DNA of 64,000 nt, taken from NCBI GenBank assembly GCA_963575745.1, contig CAUYUJ010000270.1, positions 558,001 through 622,000 of the forward strand. The letters run 5' to 3'. The stretch's first letter is position 1; the number at the start of each line of letters is the position of its first letter. Source of the stretch: Prorocentrum cordatum. Lineage: Eukaryota. The notes under the pieces are model-generated. The model searched no databases. It had not been told where the DNA came from and saw nothing but the letters and a program-made list of their open reading frames with translations. Positions 39,820 to 55,064 of the stretch are shown here, one piece after another. A program made the translations under genes and the position numbers.

Positions 39820-40227
39820 GAGGGCCGCTGCGCGCATATAACTTGCCCGTTGTAGACGAGGGCACCCTCGGGACCGTGAAGAATTCCACTTCTGGGGCGA
39901 AGCAACACCATCTTGACCACGATCAAACACCATAGATTTCGGTAGGCTGTTGGGGCCATCGAGGACAAGTTTGCCATATGACTAAAGATGCCGTTCCAAT
40001 ACGGTTGCCGTCAAACGCTGGCCTCCTGCACGATCGCGAACTTCAGCGTTGCTCACACGAGAGACGAAAGCAAGTGAAACTTTGAGTAATGACCGTGGAC
40101 ATTTGGCCCGGAAAAAGTCGATCCTGTTTTTGTCCGCTTGTAAGAACATGCGCAATTCCAACCCATACAGGAGTTTCGAGAAGACACATGAGTCCAGCAC
40201 CCTCTGCTTCTGCTCTTTGCTGAGAAT
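39820..40227 (-). pseudogene. 3' fragment of an RTE-like LINE ORF (post-RT thumb region)
   Basis: LSKEQKQRVLDSCVFSKLLYGLE..RIDFF..KCPRSLLKV..SRVSNAEV..RSRGCPR matches the K..++S.LLYG / N.EV / RGRP pattern of RTE-clade C-termini. Confidence 0.75.
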
Positions 40228-40234
40228 ACTACTG

Positions 40235-40276
<42 letters not shown>

Positions 40277-40351
40277 CTCCTACGAGTACTAGTGCTACTA
40301 CTACCACCACCACCACCACCACCACCACCACCACCACCACCACCACCACTT

Positions 40352-40386
<35 letters not shown>

Positions 40387-40513
40387 GCTACTGCTACTGC
40401 TACTGCTACTGCTACTGCTACTGCTACTGCTACTGCTACTGCTACTGCTACTGCTACTGCTACTGCTACTGCTACTGCTACTGCTACTGCTACTGCTACT
40501 GCTACTGCTACTG

Positions 40514-40556
<43 letters not shown>

Positions 40557-40578
40557 GACTACTACTACTACTACTACG

Positions 40579-40664
<86 letters not shown>

Positions 40665-40942
40665 TACGACTACTACTACTACTATTACTACTACTACTAC
40701 GACTACTACGACTGCTACTACAACAGCTAGTACTACTACTACTACTACTACTGCGAATACGACTAGTACTACTACTATTATTATTACTACTACTACTACT
40801 ACTACTAGGACTACTTCTACTACTACCACTACTACTACCACCACTACTACTACTACTACTACTTCTACTACTACTACTACTACTACTACTACTGAGGCTA
40901 CCATTACTACGGCTACCACTACAACTACTACTACTACTGCTA

Positions 40943-41001
<59 letters not shown>

Positions 41002-41040
41002 GTACTAATACTATTACTACTACTACTACTACTACTACTA

Positions 41041-41114
<74 letters not shown>

Positions 41115-41344
41115 TTACTACTACTACTACGACTACTAAGCCGACGACGACGACGACGACGACGACGACTACTACTACTACTACTACTATTACTACGACT
41201 ACTACTACAACTAACAACACTACTATACTACTACGACTACTACTACTACTACTACTACGACTACTACTACTACTACCATTACTATTACTACTACTACTGA
41301 TACTGCTACTACGACTTTTACTACTACTACTACTACTGCTACTT

Positions 41345-41378
<34 letters not shown>

Positions 41379-41436
41379 TACTACTACTACTACCACTACT
41401 ACTACTACTACGACTACGACTGCGACTACGACTACG

Positions 41437-41485
<49 letters not shown>

Positions 41486-41488
41486 TTA
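40228..41488. repeat. (TAC)n/(TACTGC)n microsatellite; further blocks at 41872-42140 and 42972-43892
   Basis: Direct reading. Confidence 0.97.
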
Positions 41489-41588
41489 NNNNNNNNNNNN
41501 NNNNNNNNNNNNNNNNNNNNNNNNNNNNNNNNNNNNNNNNNNNNNNNNNNNNNNNNNNNNNNNNNNNNNNNNNNNNNNNNNNNNNNNN
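41489..41588. other. Assembly gap (100 N)
   Basis: Run of exactly 100 N; true distance and adjacency across it are unknown. Confidence 0.99.
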
Positions 41589-41905
41589 AATCGAGGGGGG
41601 GGGAGCTCGAGCGAGGACGGGGGGGGGGTCGAGCTCAAGCGGGGAGGGGGTCCAAGGAGGAAGCTCGAGCGGGGACGGATCCGGAGGGGGGGGTCGAGCT
41701 CAAGCGGGGGGTTGGAGGTCCAAGAAACCGGGGAGGGCAGCGGGGGGAGGCGGGGCGTCGTCGTCATCATCGTCCGTCGTTGACCCGGTCGTCGGTCGTC
41801 GTCGTCGTCATCGCCCGTTCCCGCACGCATCGGGAGCGCCCCGGATCGGCGGCAGTGGCCGGAGGCCATTACAATACTACGACTACTACTACGACTACGA
41901 CTACG

Positions 41906-42006
<101 letters not shown>

Positions 42007-42308
42007 GACTAAGACTACTACTACGACTGAGACTGAGACTAGACTAAGACTAAGACTAAGACTAAGACTAAGACTAAGACTAAGACTAAGACTAAGACTA
42101 AGACTAAGACTAAGACTAAGACTACTCCTACTCCTACTCCTATCCTTATTCCTTATTAGAATATACTCCTACTCCCCCCTCAGGCCGGCAGATAGCGGGC
42201 GCATCCGGGTGGTCCCATCCTAACCTGTAAAAAAACAATACAAAATCAATATTTTTCTTATTTTTTCCTCTCGACATGGACGTCCTGTCGTCCACGGCGA
42301 TAATCCAT

Positions 42309-42690
42309 TGCAAAAAATACCACAAAGAGCACACGCGCGCGTTCATGTCAGAATCCTACCGAACACCGTGTGTTTGCAAGCATTTCAACATAAAAACATC
42401 AAAAACCCAATGTTTTTTTTCACAAAAATTGTACAAATTTCCCGCCCGGGCTCTCTTGCTGAAGTCATAGGAAAACCATACGAATCTTAAGAATTCTGTC
42501 AAATCCAGCGATTTCACGTCATCGCGCGGTGCACTCGCGATGCTCTGTCATGCACCCAGGCCGCGAATCCTGTGCAAAAAATACCACAAAGAGCATACTC
42601 GCGCGTTCATGTCAGAATCCTACCGAACACCGTGTGTTTGCAAGCATTTCAACATAAAAACATCAAAAACCCAATGCTTTTTCACAAAAA
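42309..42690. repeat. Near-identical ~115-bp direct duplication (42309-~42425 and 42573-~42690)
   Basis: Both copies read TGCAAAAAATACCACAAAGAGCA...GTCAGAATCCTACCGAACACCGTGTG...AAAACCCAATG. Confidence 0.92.
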
Positions 42691-43032
42691 TGCTTTGGGG
42701 TGTCCTGTCAGACCGTCGGGCTTCCTCCGGCCACCTCTGGCTTCCTGCGGTGTACCGGGCCATTCTCGACTCGTCTGGCAATGCGTGCGCGGCATTCAAC
42801 ACGCGCTCGCCAGTTCCCGTCGGCAACCGCCATCGCGGCCGCATCAGCTGTACCAAACCGGCTGGCCGGTGTGACTTCGGCCCCCAGTTGTGCCAGCTTT
42901 GCTTCTTATGTTGTGGGAGGGCGGGTGGGACTGGGCATGCCATGCTTGACTCGCTCGAGCTGGCTAGCTTGACTCCTACTCTACTCCTACTCCTACTCCT
43001 ACTTCCTACTCCTACTCCTACTCCTACTACTC

Positions 43033-43074
<42 letters not shown>

Positions 43075-43089
43075 ACTACGACTACTACT

Positions 43090-43142
<53 letters not shown>

Positions 43143-43166
43143 TACACTAGTACCTACTAGTACTAG

Positions 43167-43243
<77 letters not shown>

Positions 43244-43260
43244 TACTACTACTACTACTC

Positions 43261-43558
<298 letters not shown>

Positions 43559-43695
43559 GTACTAGTACTACTACGACTACTACTACTACTACTACCTACC
43601 TACCTACCTACCTACCTACCTACCTACCTACCTACCTACCTACCTACTACTACCTACTACTACTGCTACTACTACTCCTACTAGTTCTGCTACTA

Positions 43696-43730
<35 letters not shown>

Positions 43731-43817
43731 ACTACTACTACTACTGCTACTTCTACTACTCCTACTACTACTACTACTACTACCTCCTACTACTACTACT
43801 ACTACTACTACTACTAT

Positions 43818-43892
<75 letters not shown>

Positions 43893-43895
<3 letters not shown>

Positions 43896-44400
43896 GTCAT
43901 ACGCCGCAGGCGCGTGGAGGCAGACAGTGCTGTGAGACCTTGTCGTGCCACAGCTGTCGAACATGCAAAAATTGTAGACTGACGCGGCATGCCTCATTCC
44001 GTACCATTGTTGTCCATTCGTTGCGCGGGCGGCCGCGGCACCTGACAAACCTGGCTGCCGCCGGAATGCTTGTTCCTGGGATACTTGCGTTAGATCGTAA
44101 TACATATTGCGGGGGTGCTCTCGCTGCGCGTCCGAAGTACAACAGATGTTCCTTCTTCAAGACGTCGCTCACAGGCTGGCAGCGAGCCCTCCCCGGGACC
44201 GTGGGAGGATTCTCGTAATTTTTCTCCAGCACCTGCAACAAAACCAATTTGGCCTTCTCGTGTCTGATGCTGTAATTAGTCCGTACATCAACTGGGACAC
44301 GACTACCGAATGGAAGATGCTCACCTTCTTGGCGACCGTCAAAGACGTAGGCTTCCAAACTCGGTCCAATTTCTGACAGACTCCCTTGGCTTCCCCAGGT
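43893..44400 (-). pseudogene. Second RTE-like LINE 3' fragment, ending directly in a (GTA)n tract
   Basis: LDRVWK..LTVAKKVSIFHSVVVSQLMYGL..CCRCWRKITRI, then HLLYFGRAAR and RCRGRPRNEW in an adjacent frame. Confidence 0.8.
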
Positions 44401-44969
44401 GCCGCATAAGTTCTGCCCAGAGCGGGACACTATCGGATCGGGATAAATCGGGGATCTCTCAGATCCGGTGGCTCTCGAGGATATGTACCTGGCGCCGCGG
44501 GAACGTTCTGGAAGCACGTATCCCAATCCTGACCCCGATCGAACCGATGCGGAGGCTGTTCGTCGTTTTCAATGTCCTTGAAGGAGTTTTCAGGCACCAG
44601 GAACGGCACTGGGAGCGTGGAAAAAAACTAGCCGGGAGGAAAACGATGTTTCTGAGTCAGGGGTCGAGCGCTCTTTGGGCAGCGTGCTGAAAAGCACGAA
44701 ATCGCAAATCTGGGGCGAGAGGCGGTGGGATAAGATGAGAAGGCTGGGCATCCTCTTCCATCTTATCCTCACCATCCCTTTTTCTCTCCCCCCAGTTATC
44801 ATCCTTCTCTCCCCTCCCCTCTCTGGACTTTCCTGTATTCAGGCGACTCACTGCCAACCCCTCTTCTCCGTCCTACTCCCCATCCGCCTCCTCACTCCTC
44901 CCCCTCCTCCCCCTTCGCCTCCTCCTTCCCCTCCTCATCCACCTCCTCCTACTCCTACTCCTCCTCCTC

Positions 44970-45034
44970 CTCATCATCATCAGGATCAGCATCATCACCA
45001 TCCCCATCCCCATCGACATCACCATCATCATCAG

Positions 45035-45080
<46 letters not shown>

Positions 45081-45148
45081 GTTATCATCATGATCATAAT
45101 CATCATCAGCAGCATCATCATCACCATCACCATCAACATCGTCATCAT

Positions 45149-45205
<57 letters not shown>

Positions 45206-48200
45206 GATCATAATCATCATCATCATCAGCAGCATCATCACCCTCAACATCAACATCGTCATCATCATCAGTATCGCCACCGCCATCAACACCAACATCG
45301 TCCGCAAAATCACCATCGTCATCATCATCATCATCGTCATCATCACCATCGTCACCATCATCATCAGCAGCATCATCCTCACCATCGTCATCACCATCTG
45401 CATCATCAGCAGCATCATCATCCTTACCATCGTCATCACCATCAGAATCGTCCCCACCATCAACACCATGATCATCATCACAATCATCATCGTCATCAGC
45501 ATCACTATCGTCATCGTCATCACCATCGTCATCACAACCAACAACATCAACAACAACATTACCAGCACCATCATCATCCTCAACATCAGCATCAACATCA
45601 TCACAATCACCATCACCACCATCGTCATTACCAGAGTCATCACAACCAACATCGCGGTCATCATCGTCATCACCATCACTATCAACACCAGCATTATCAC
45701 AATCGTCATCAACATCACCTTTTGCATCAGTACAGTCGTCATCAGCATCATCAACATCATCGTCATCTTCATCATCATCATCATCTTCATTGCCATCGTC
45801 ATCGACATCATTACCACTATCATAAACATAAGCATCGTCACCACCATCAACACAATCATCATCATGACAACCATCGTCACCATCATCATCACCACCATCA
45901 TCATCAGAATCATCATCATGATCATCTCTGCCATCGTCATCTCCATGGCTATCAACATCATCATCATCGTAAGTAACATCATCATCACCCTCGCCATCTC
46001 CAGCAGCATAATCATCATCAGCATCAATATCGTCATCATCATCCTCACAAGCATCGCCATCATCAACGCCATCGTCATCAGCATCGGCATCATCATCAGA
46101 ATCATCGTCATCGACATCATCATCATTGCCACAAACACAGTAATCAACATTATCATCCTTCTACCATCGACATCATCATCACCACCTTCAGCATCATCAT
46201 CGTCATCACAATCAACAGCATGAGCAGCATCGCCATCACCATCACTATCAACAACATCATCATCACCATCGTCATCACAATCACCTTCAGTGACATGATC
46301 ATCAATATCCTCATACCATCAACATCATCAGCATCTTCATCGTCATCACCATCACCATGACAACCAACATCGCCATCATCATCCTCATCATCATCGTCAA
46401 CAACATCGGTGGCAGTACCATCGTCAGTGCCGTCACCAGCCTCATCGTCGGCATCATCATCGTCATCATCATCATCATCATCATCACCATCGGCATCACC
46501 ATCACCATCAGCACCACCATCATCATCATCATCGTCATCACCACCACCATCACCAACTCTATCGACATTATTGCCATCACCACCACCATCACCATCATCA
46601 CCAACATCACAACCCACAACACCACCATCATCAACATCACCGCCATCCGCTTCACCAAAAGCAGCATCATCATCACCATCACCATCGTCACTGGCATCAT
46701 CCTCATCATGGTCGTCATCATCACCATCACCATCATCATCGTAATCATCAGCATCATCATCATCGTCGTCGTGGTCATTACCATCACCATCAACAGCATC
46801 GACATCATGCGCATCGTCAGTATCATCACCATCATCAGCATCTCACTCATCACCACCGTCATCAACAACAGCATCACCATCATCATCAGCAGCATCGTCA
46901 TCAGTATCAACATCATAGTCAACATCATGGGCATCGTCACCATCGTGGTCATCATCACCAGTATCATCAACATCATCGGCACGGTCGTCATAATCATCAT
47001 CATCGTCATCAATGTCACCATCAACGCTGTCAACATCCTGAGCATCGTCATCATCATCATCTTCGCAAACACATCACACTCATCATCGTCGCATGTGCCC
47101 CAATCGTCATCCACATCGTCATCACCATCGTTCTCATCATCGTCGTCATCACCAAAACCGTCAGCATCACCATCATCATCATCAGCATCATCATCACCGA
47201 CATCGTCACCATCATCAACATCACCATCATCATCGACACCATCATCAATGTCATCACAGTAATTACCATCCGCCTGCGCATCGTCGTCATCATCATCCCT
47301 ATCATCAGTCCCATCGCCATCATCGTTACCAACGGCATCAGCATCAACATCGTCATCACCATGACCAACAACATCATCATCATCGGCATCATCAGCATCC
47401 TCATAATCATTGTTATCACCATGACCATCATTATCATCGTCACCAGCATCATCAGCATCAGCATCATCATCATGATCTTCAGCCCCTCATCATTACCACC
47501 ATCATCATCACAATCACCATCGATTTAACATCATCACCAACATCTGCATCATCAAGCTCATCACGATCATCACCATCATCGTCGTCATTACCATCAGCAT
47601 CATCATCATTATCGTCAGCATCATCATCCCCCTCATTAGAATCATCTTCATTACGATTATCATCACCACCATCCTCATAGTTGTCGCAAACACCATCATC
47701 GCGAACCAACATCACCATAACCATCACCATCATATTCAACATAATCATCATCATCACCGTCATAATCATCTCCACCGTCAGCATCGTTATCACCAGAATC
47801 GTCCGCATCGTCATCATCACCATCATCCATCGTCGTCATCACCATCAAAATCCGCAACATCGTCATCAACATCACTATCCTCATCATCAGCAACCCGTCA
47901 TCATCATCATCATCATTATCATCATCATCATCATCATTATCGTTATCAGCATCGTCACAATCATCACCGCATCAAGGTCCAATGTCAGTATCAGTATCAG
48001 TATCAGTATCATCATCATCATCATATGCATAATCGTCCTCATCATCTTCACCGTCATCATCACAGACAAAATCACATCGTCATCAGCATCACCAATATTA
48101 ACTTATTCAATATCATCATCGTCAGCATCATCATCACAATCGTCATCATCAGCATTGCCATGACTATCGTCAACATCATCATCACCATCATCACCACCAC

Positions 48201-48420
48201 CATCAACATCACCAGCATCGTCATCACCATCATCACCGTCATCATCATCATCGCCATCGTCGTCGACCACCATCACCATCCTCATCACCGTCCTCATCAC
48301 CATCATCACCACCATCAGCATCGTCATCACCATCACCTCATCATCACCATCACCATCGTCATCACCACCACCACCTCATCATCGTCATCACCATCATCGT
48401 CATCATAATCACAATCATCG
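44970..48420. repeat. ~3.4-kb degenerate (CAT)n trinucleotide array
   Basis: Direct reading; source of the poly-His/Ile/Ser and poly-Met/Asp pseudo-ORFs. Confidence 0.97.
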
Positions 48421-49288
48421 TCCTCGTCCTCGTCCTCTCCCTCTTCCCGTTCCTCTTCCTCTGCCTCTTCTTCTTCTTCTTCATCCACCTCATCGTCTCC
48501 TCTCTCATCCCTTATCCTCCGCCTCCTTTCTCATGTCTGGCAACCAATTCTACCTGACCCTCCCCCCTCTTCCATCCTCCGCCGCCTTCTCCCCCTGCTG
48601 AACACTTCGGCGATGGATAACAACAAGTGATCAGCGAATATTGCTAGAGCTCGAGAAAGTTGCTTTCACGTGCTACAAGTACCACTTTGAATTGCCGATC
48701 CGTTCTTGTCATTGTGCTCCACAAGCAGATACGACCGACGACCTCACGAGCGCTAGCTGGGCTCAGCCTGAGAAAAGGCTGGGCTTGCCGCGGCCCTTCT
48801 GGCGCAACTGCTGGAGACGCGCGGTCCCTCGCCTCCTGGGGCAATGGTCCTGGGCACTCCTTGGGGACTCCTGAGGCCGCGTTCTCGGAGCCTCTCGTCG
48901 TTATCTGGAGCCCTGGACCCTCCTCCTCCTCCTCCTCCTCCTCCTCCTCCCCATTTTCCTCCTTCACCTCCTCCTCCTCCTCCTCCTCCTCCTCCTCCTC
49001 CTCCTCCTTCTCATCCTCCTCCCTCCGCCCCCTCCACTCTCCCCTCTCCACAATTACTCAATATGAAAATACTCTCCCTCTTCCCCTGATGGCGTCCGGG
49101 TGATGGCCGCGCATTCTCCGCGTACTGTTTTTCAACACACAGGATGCCCGGGAAATCCCGGGAAACGACTCTCGCTGAGGCGCCGGCGTCATTTTCGGGC
49201 CGAACGCCCCCCGCGTACTGTTTTTTAACACACAGGATTCCCGGGCAACGGGTTTTCGCATGCGGTTTTATATATTTATATATGTATA

Positions 49289-49325
<37 letters not shown>

Positions 49326-51399
49326 TGAAAAATGATGCTCTCGCTGAGGCGCCGGCCTCATTTCTGCTCCCGAATCGTTCCGAATCGTGCTCCCGCTGCA
49401 GCGTGGGCCTCATTTTCGGATCGGTGTTTGGCCTCCGTCGTTCAGGATGGCGTTCTCGCCCCAGCGCCGGCCTTTTTCTCGCGCGCCCATCCGCCCGCCA
49501 CCACCGCGCCGCACCACCACCACCACCACCACCACCACCACCACCACCACCACCACCACCACCATCACAACCACCACCAGCACCAGCACCACCACCAGCA
49601 CGAGCACCAGCACCAGCACCAGCACAGCACCACCACCACCACCACCACCACAACCACGCACACACGCACGCACGCACGCACGCACGTGCACCACCACCCA
49701 CTACGCACGCGCGCGCGGAGCCACAGGTCCGCTACGACACGCGTCCGCGGATAAAGAAAATCAGCGCCATGGTAAGGGATGGGAGGGAGGGGTAGGACGT
49801 CAGATATGACGCGAGCGCACCTAGCTTGCCCTACCCCTCCTCCTCCTCCTTCTCCTCCTCCTCCTCTTCCTCCTCCTCCTCCTCCTTCTCCTCATCATCA
49901 TCCTGCCCTTGGGCCTCGCACGGTCGCGGACGGACGCGGCCTCGGCCCGCGCCGCCACGGCGGCAGGGGAACCCACCACAGCCAGGGGCGGATCGCGCGA
50001 CGGCATGCGTCAGGCTGCGGGCTGCGGGCAGCCGGAAGGTCGGGCTGGGGCTGGGCGGCGGGAAAGCGCGTATGTTGGGTTTACGCCTGCTCCCCTGAAG
50101 AGGAAGGGAGAGGGAAGGCCGCTCGGCTCCAGACACGGGAAAGGCGCCTCATGTAGATTGGAACCTGGGAACCGAAAAGATACAAACTTTCAGGGTGCGA
50201 TGGGTATCGATCTGGCCACGCGCAAGGGACTGGGCATCCCCTTGGCCTCCCCACCCCCAGACTCCCGACTACGTGATGGTTTCGCAACGCGCCTCCCCGA
50301 AGTCTCGATCTCTTCCCCAAGACCAGCTGTTTTCATCCTGAGCCGTTCTTTGACAGTCCGAGGGCCCGGTGAGGGCCCCGAGAGGCCGAAAGATTCGTGT
50401 TCACGACGCGAAGGGGCGTGTGTCCTGCAGGCCTCCCAGTGGCGGGACCTTCTTAGGGACCGTCGGCGGGCGGCGGCGGTCCGCGTTGGCCCTCAGTCGG
50501 ACCCTCCGCTCACGGAGCGACTGCAGCACGCCCTTGCCGTCGCCGGAGCCTGCCCAGCCATGCCCAGGAGGGAAACGAGACGAGGAGAACCACACGGGAG
50601 CCCCGCGTGGGGGGAGGGCCACGGGCAAAGCATGGAGGACAGCGAGGGGGGCGACAAGAGAGGGGGGGACGAGGAGGGCAGCGACGACAACAACGAGTGG
50701 GACGAGGAGACGCAGCAGAGGGGACCTGTTTGAAATGGATCTCCACGGCGTCCCAAGAAAGCGCGGTGCTATTGTACAGCAGGTAGATCTTAGTATAAGA
50801 CATGTAGAGGCGCACTCGCCGTCCATTTCAACCAAATCAAGCGGCCCCAGGACTTCTGCGGATCCCCGGGGCCTTCCTGGGATGAGACATCTGCCCCTGT
50901 TGGCAGTCTGGTTTCTCATTGTCTCTGCCAACCGTATTTTTTAAGGTAGTGCCTTCAAGATAGGCACCAGTATCGTAGGAGCGTTTCCAAAGAGCACGGC
51001 GGTCAAGAAACCTACCGATCCGCCAGTGGCTGCGCAAGGGAACATATACCTCCCTGCTGAGCGAGCATGTGCCGAAGTATAAAAACCTGCCGCCGTGCTT
51101 CGTAACGATAAGCAAACCAAGCGGAGGGGCATTGGCGGTAGGAACGCGCGTGCGACACTTGAAGACACCTGCGAACCAACCGCAACTGTCAAGACACATC
51201 ATGGCCAACAAATCGTCATGGCTACTTACGGTAGTCCTCGTCAATGGGGTCCCGAGACAAATTGCTCGCAATTTCAAACTCGCGAAGCGACAGGTCAATG
51301 CGTCGCCCCATCCAAGTCTCGCCGAGGTTGCCCCGTTCACTTGTTTCCGTCGTGCCCATGATGTGCACTGGCTGTGCCAAGCCAGGCTGCATCAAGACG

Positions 51400-52400
51400 G
51401 CGCCAGACGGCCCCAGGTGGCCTGAAGACGGCTCTAGATAGGGAGACCCTCTAGAAGGCAATTGTGCCTTATCGCCCATTCGATTCCGATGGGTTTCTGA
51501 GGTGTCAAGATGGCCCAAAAACAACCCAACGGAGCCCCAAGATAAGCCCAGGAGGGCCCCACGACGGCCCCAAGAGCGCCCAAGAGCCTCCCAAAACGGC
51601 CCCAAGAGGGCTACAAGACGGCCTACCGGACCTCCAAGATGGCGCCAGGACGCCCCATGACGGCCCCCGGGACAGATTCCTGAATGCGTCAGACGGGCAA
51701 CGAGCGGCCGTAAGTAGTCCACAAAGCCTCCAAAGAGGCCCCCAGAATTCACAAGAGGCCCCCAAGAGGGTCGAACAGGCCCCAAGAAGCCTTCAAGAGG
51801 CTCCTGGGAAGCGCCCAAGAAGCCGTGATGAGGTCCGAAGAGAGCCCCAATGTGGGCCAACATGTCACTTCCTGCTCATCCTCCTTCTCCCCCTCCAGTC
51901 GCGAGATTCACCGAAGGGCTCCCCCGTGGCTCCAGATCTGCGGACTCAATACGGCGGGACCCCTGCGGGCCCCGGCTGTGTTGGACTAAAGCGCAGAAGA
52001 TTGGAAGGATTGAGACTGGATAGGCAGACTGGAAGGCTTGCCATGGCCTAAGTGGGCTACATTAGGGCCTCAAAAAAGGTTTTCAGGGCGGCGCAAAGCG
52101 CGAGTCATGGCGGCACTTCAATTCTCTTGGAAAGCTCATTGGAGGCCCGGATATGGCTCCAGGGCGACTCCAGACGGGCCCAGCTGCCCCCAAGATGGGA
52201 CCCAGAGGGCCCAAGACGGCTCCAAGACTGACCCTGACGGCCCAAGAGGCCGCCCAGACGCCCCCAGAGGGCTCCGAGAGGACCCCCGCGAGGGCTCAGA
52301 GGCGCAAATCATTGACTTTCCCTACGTGTTAGAAGGACTGTAGCGTTCTCGCATGCTGGAGCTTCCGACGCTCGAAGACGGCCCGCGGGACCTCCAGGCT
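51400..52400. repeat. Low-complexity GGCCCCAAGA/CCTCCAAGA repeat family; also at ~58510-58790, 59450-60100, 60300-60900 (inverted), 61160-61810 and 62280-62470
   Basis: Recurrent CCAAGA(G/T)GGCC motifs. Confidence 0.8.
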
Positions 52401-55064
52401 CGCTCCACGATTCCCTGTGGTGCGGGTCTTCCCCTCCGGAGGGCCCGTTGTTCTCCTGCACCGCGGGCTCCACACTAACGTGTAGATAACTTTGGAGCTG
52501 GCACGTCGGGACCGTGGAGAGATCGGCAGGTCATTGCAGCTGGCTGGATAGACGCGGGGCCATCGCAGTCCAAAAGAAGCAATCCCACCTCAAGCCTCCT
52601 CATCACTCGGACGGTGGTCCCATTAGCATGAGCAACCGCTGGCCTCGGACACTCGTGAGGGGCAACTTTAGGGGGAGGACTGGCTCACGGGGGGGGGAGG
52701 GGACATCGACCTGCAGTCCGCGATACATCGTCGATAGATCGGCGATAGGCCCCCCGAGCGAAACGCAGGTTCCTGGGCGGGACGGGGTCACTATCGGGCC
52801 CCTCCCAGCGATGAACGATGAATGGGTGATTGGAGGCCAATGTGTCCCCCCACCCCCGCTGAATTATCCACCCCTAACATTGCCCCCGACCTTCCGCCCC
52901 TTCAGTTTCGGGCCAGAACTCGGGCATCCGGCGGCCGTTCGGCGCGATCCGGCGATCCGGGCAGCCCTGGACGACCCTCGGCGAGGCGCAGCTGCCGGAG
53001 AGAACAGCGAGACTGGACAGCCGCCGAGAACCGACGAAGACTCCCGAAAACCCCCAACTTCGAACCTCGAGAGGTCACCCCTGACGTTGCCCTGATCTTC
53101 GAGCTTCGGGGGACGGCGCAAGCCTGGGAGCTCCGGCGCCAGCTCTGCCAGCCGCTGCAGCGCGAGGTGGTGCGGCGCCGTGCCCTCTCCTTGCCTGAGG
53201 GCCGGCCGCGAGCGCGCGGGAGGCTGCGGACCCCGCCCGTGGAGGAAACTCTTTGGAGCTCTCTGTCGAACCAGCCGGGGTAGCGGAGGCACCCAAGAGA
53301 CTGCACCGCCTCGATACGAGGCAAACCCTGCTCGGCACAGTGCCCCACAGATGCCGTCGCTATCCGACTGGGTCATTGGCCAGAGTCCTGACCTCCCCTC
53401 TGCAGTCCACGCCGGCGCGCGCGGGACCCGCCGCTACGTGGAAGGAGGAGGACGAGAGGAGGAGGAGGAGGAGGAGGAGGAGGAGGAGGAGGAGGAAGAA
53501 GAGGAGGAGGAGGAGGAGGAGGAGGGGGAAAAGGAGGAGCGGCACTCCCTGGGAAGAGACGAGATGAGGGCAGGCAGCCAGAAAACGGACGAGAAGAAGC
53601 AAAAGCTCATCCTGACGTCACCTGAAGATGGCGCCTACGGTCGGCGACCTCCTGGCCGTCCGTCTGAGACGGGCCCGCGCGAGGTGTCCGAACACGACAA
53701 GTCCCCACTGTCGAGCGCTTTGCACGTGCGGTAAACCGATAACATGGCACCGTACAAGCAGGCAGCAGACGTGAGCTGCTCAGCAGAGAGCGGGCCAGGG
53801 CCGAAGAGCCCGACACGACCGACAGCCGAGGCAGGCGAACGAACGAGGAAGGCGGAGGAAGCGAGCCAACACTAACTCTGAGCACGGGCAGACGTGATAG
53901 TGGAGAATCTCAGATCCCGCTGCGGCAAACTGGCACCAGCGGCGCCGTTTCGTGGGCCCCCGAGAACAGAGGATGGTGCACCAAATTTTCGTAATCACCT
54001 TTAGGACGGCAACAGCTAATGTCCACATCCTTGCGTGATGTGTGCACGGAAGGATGTGCGCGAACAAAAAGGAATGCATCTAATTCACTGGGCTGACTGC
54101 AGGTGGACGTCACCTGTAAGCCAGCATTGCAGAGATGAGCGTGAAGTCTATCTGGCCGAAGTTTTCGGTGGTCGGCGGGTCCTTGGCGGGTAAACAAAAT
54201 ACATGAAAAAACTTGCATCTGGGCTGGACCCCCCTCCCTGGCGCGGAGCGCACCAGGGGCGGCGCTGATGGCGCCGCCAGGGGGGCCCACGGCGACCGAA
54301 ACTCAAAGAAGAATGAACAATCCCGTCCAAGGAAGCAACTCGCCGCCACGCAAGCCGTGCCTTGCCGAAGCCGTCTGTCTTCCAGTGGCTCACATGGCGG
54401 ATCGCTGGCGTGGGCCGCGACGGCATGGAGGCCCAGTGAGGTGCAGCTCAGAACAAACTGGCTCACAAAGAGCACGTGCGAGATCGTTAAATCGAGCTGG
54501 GCATCCGAGAGCAGAGGATGGAAATACTTAAGACGCTTGGCTAGTTCACAACGAGCTGAAATATTACACATGCCCTGCAAATACTTGTCTACGCGTTTCT
54601 GGAGAGGAGGCTTATCAAAAAGGGAGGTTGGGGAGGGCGTTGAGGGCTTGGAAAGTTCGACGCATCTGGACCACGGCGCTGTTACACCACCATTTTCCCC
54701 AAGCGTGAGTGACTAACGCCTCGCCAAACGCCCCGACCGTGTCGAGGAGATGGCCCATATCGAAGAAGGATTTCGTATAGAACGCGCACCTGTACTGAGC
54801 AGCCTGCGCCATGCACACCAGCGACCTCGCTTGAACTATCCGCGTTCGGAAGTCCGCGCGGATTCCCTCGGTGAGCGCTGGACACCCATCGACAACATGA
54901 GGAAGAGTGCAAACCCAAGAATTCTGCGCGTACCTCTGAAATGGTATATGCATGTGCATTTCTGGCCTTCGAGCAAGGAGCACCCAATCCCTCCCGAAGC
55001 AGCGGTGGCCCAGCCCTCCCCCCCTCCGCTCCGATTGCTGAAAGGCTCGTTGGCACCGCAGAGC

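Noticed and set aside
44675..48408. Long His-, Ile-, Met- or Asp-rich ORFs
   Set aside because: Translations of the (CAT)n array; likewise the poly-HT/CV, poly-L/Y/V and poly-P/T/H ORFs at 9895-11322, 15448-16858, 18981-20561, 28058-29410 and 40049-41220.
53880..55000. Complex-looking ORFs downstream of the TIR exon (54110-54580, 54615-54983), also 36478-37197 and 50837-51425
   Set aside because: No recognisable motifs, splice pattern or consistent frame; not supportable without a homology search.
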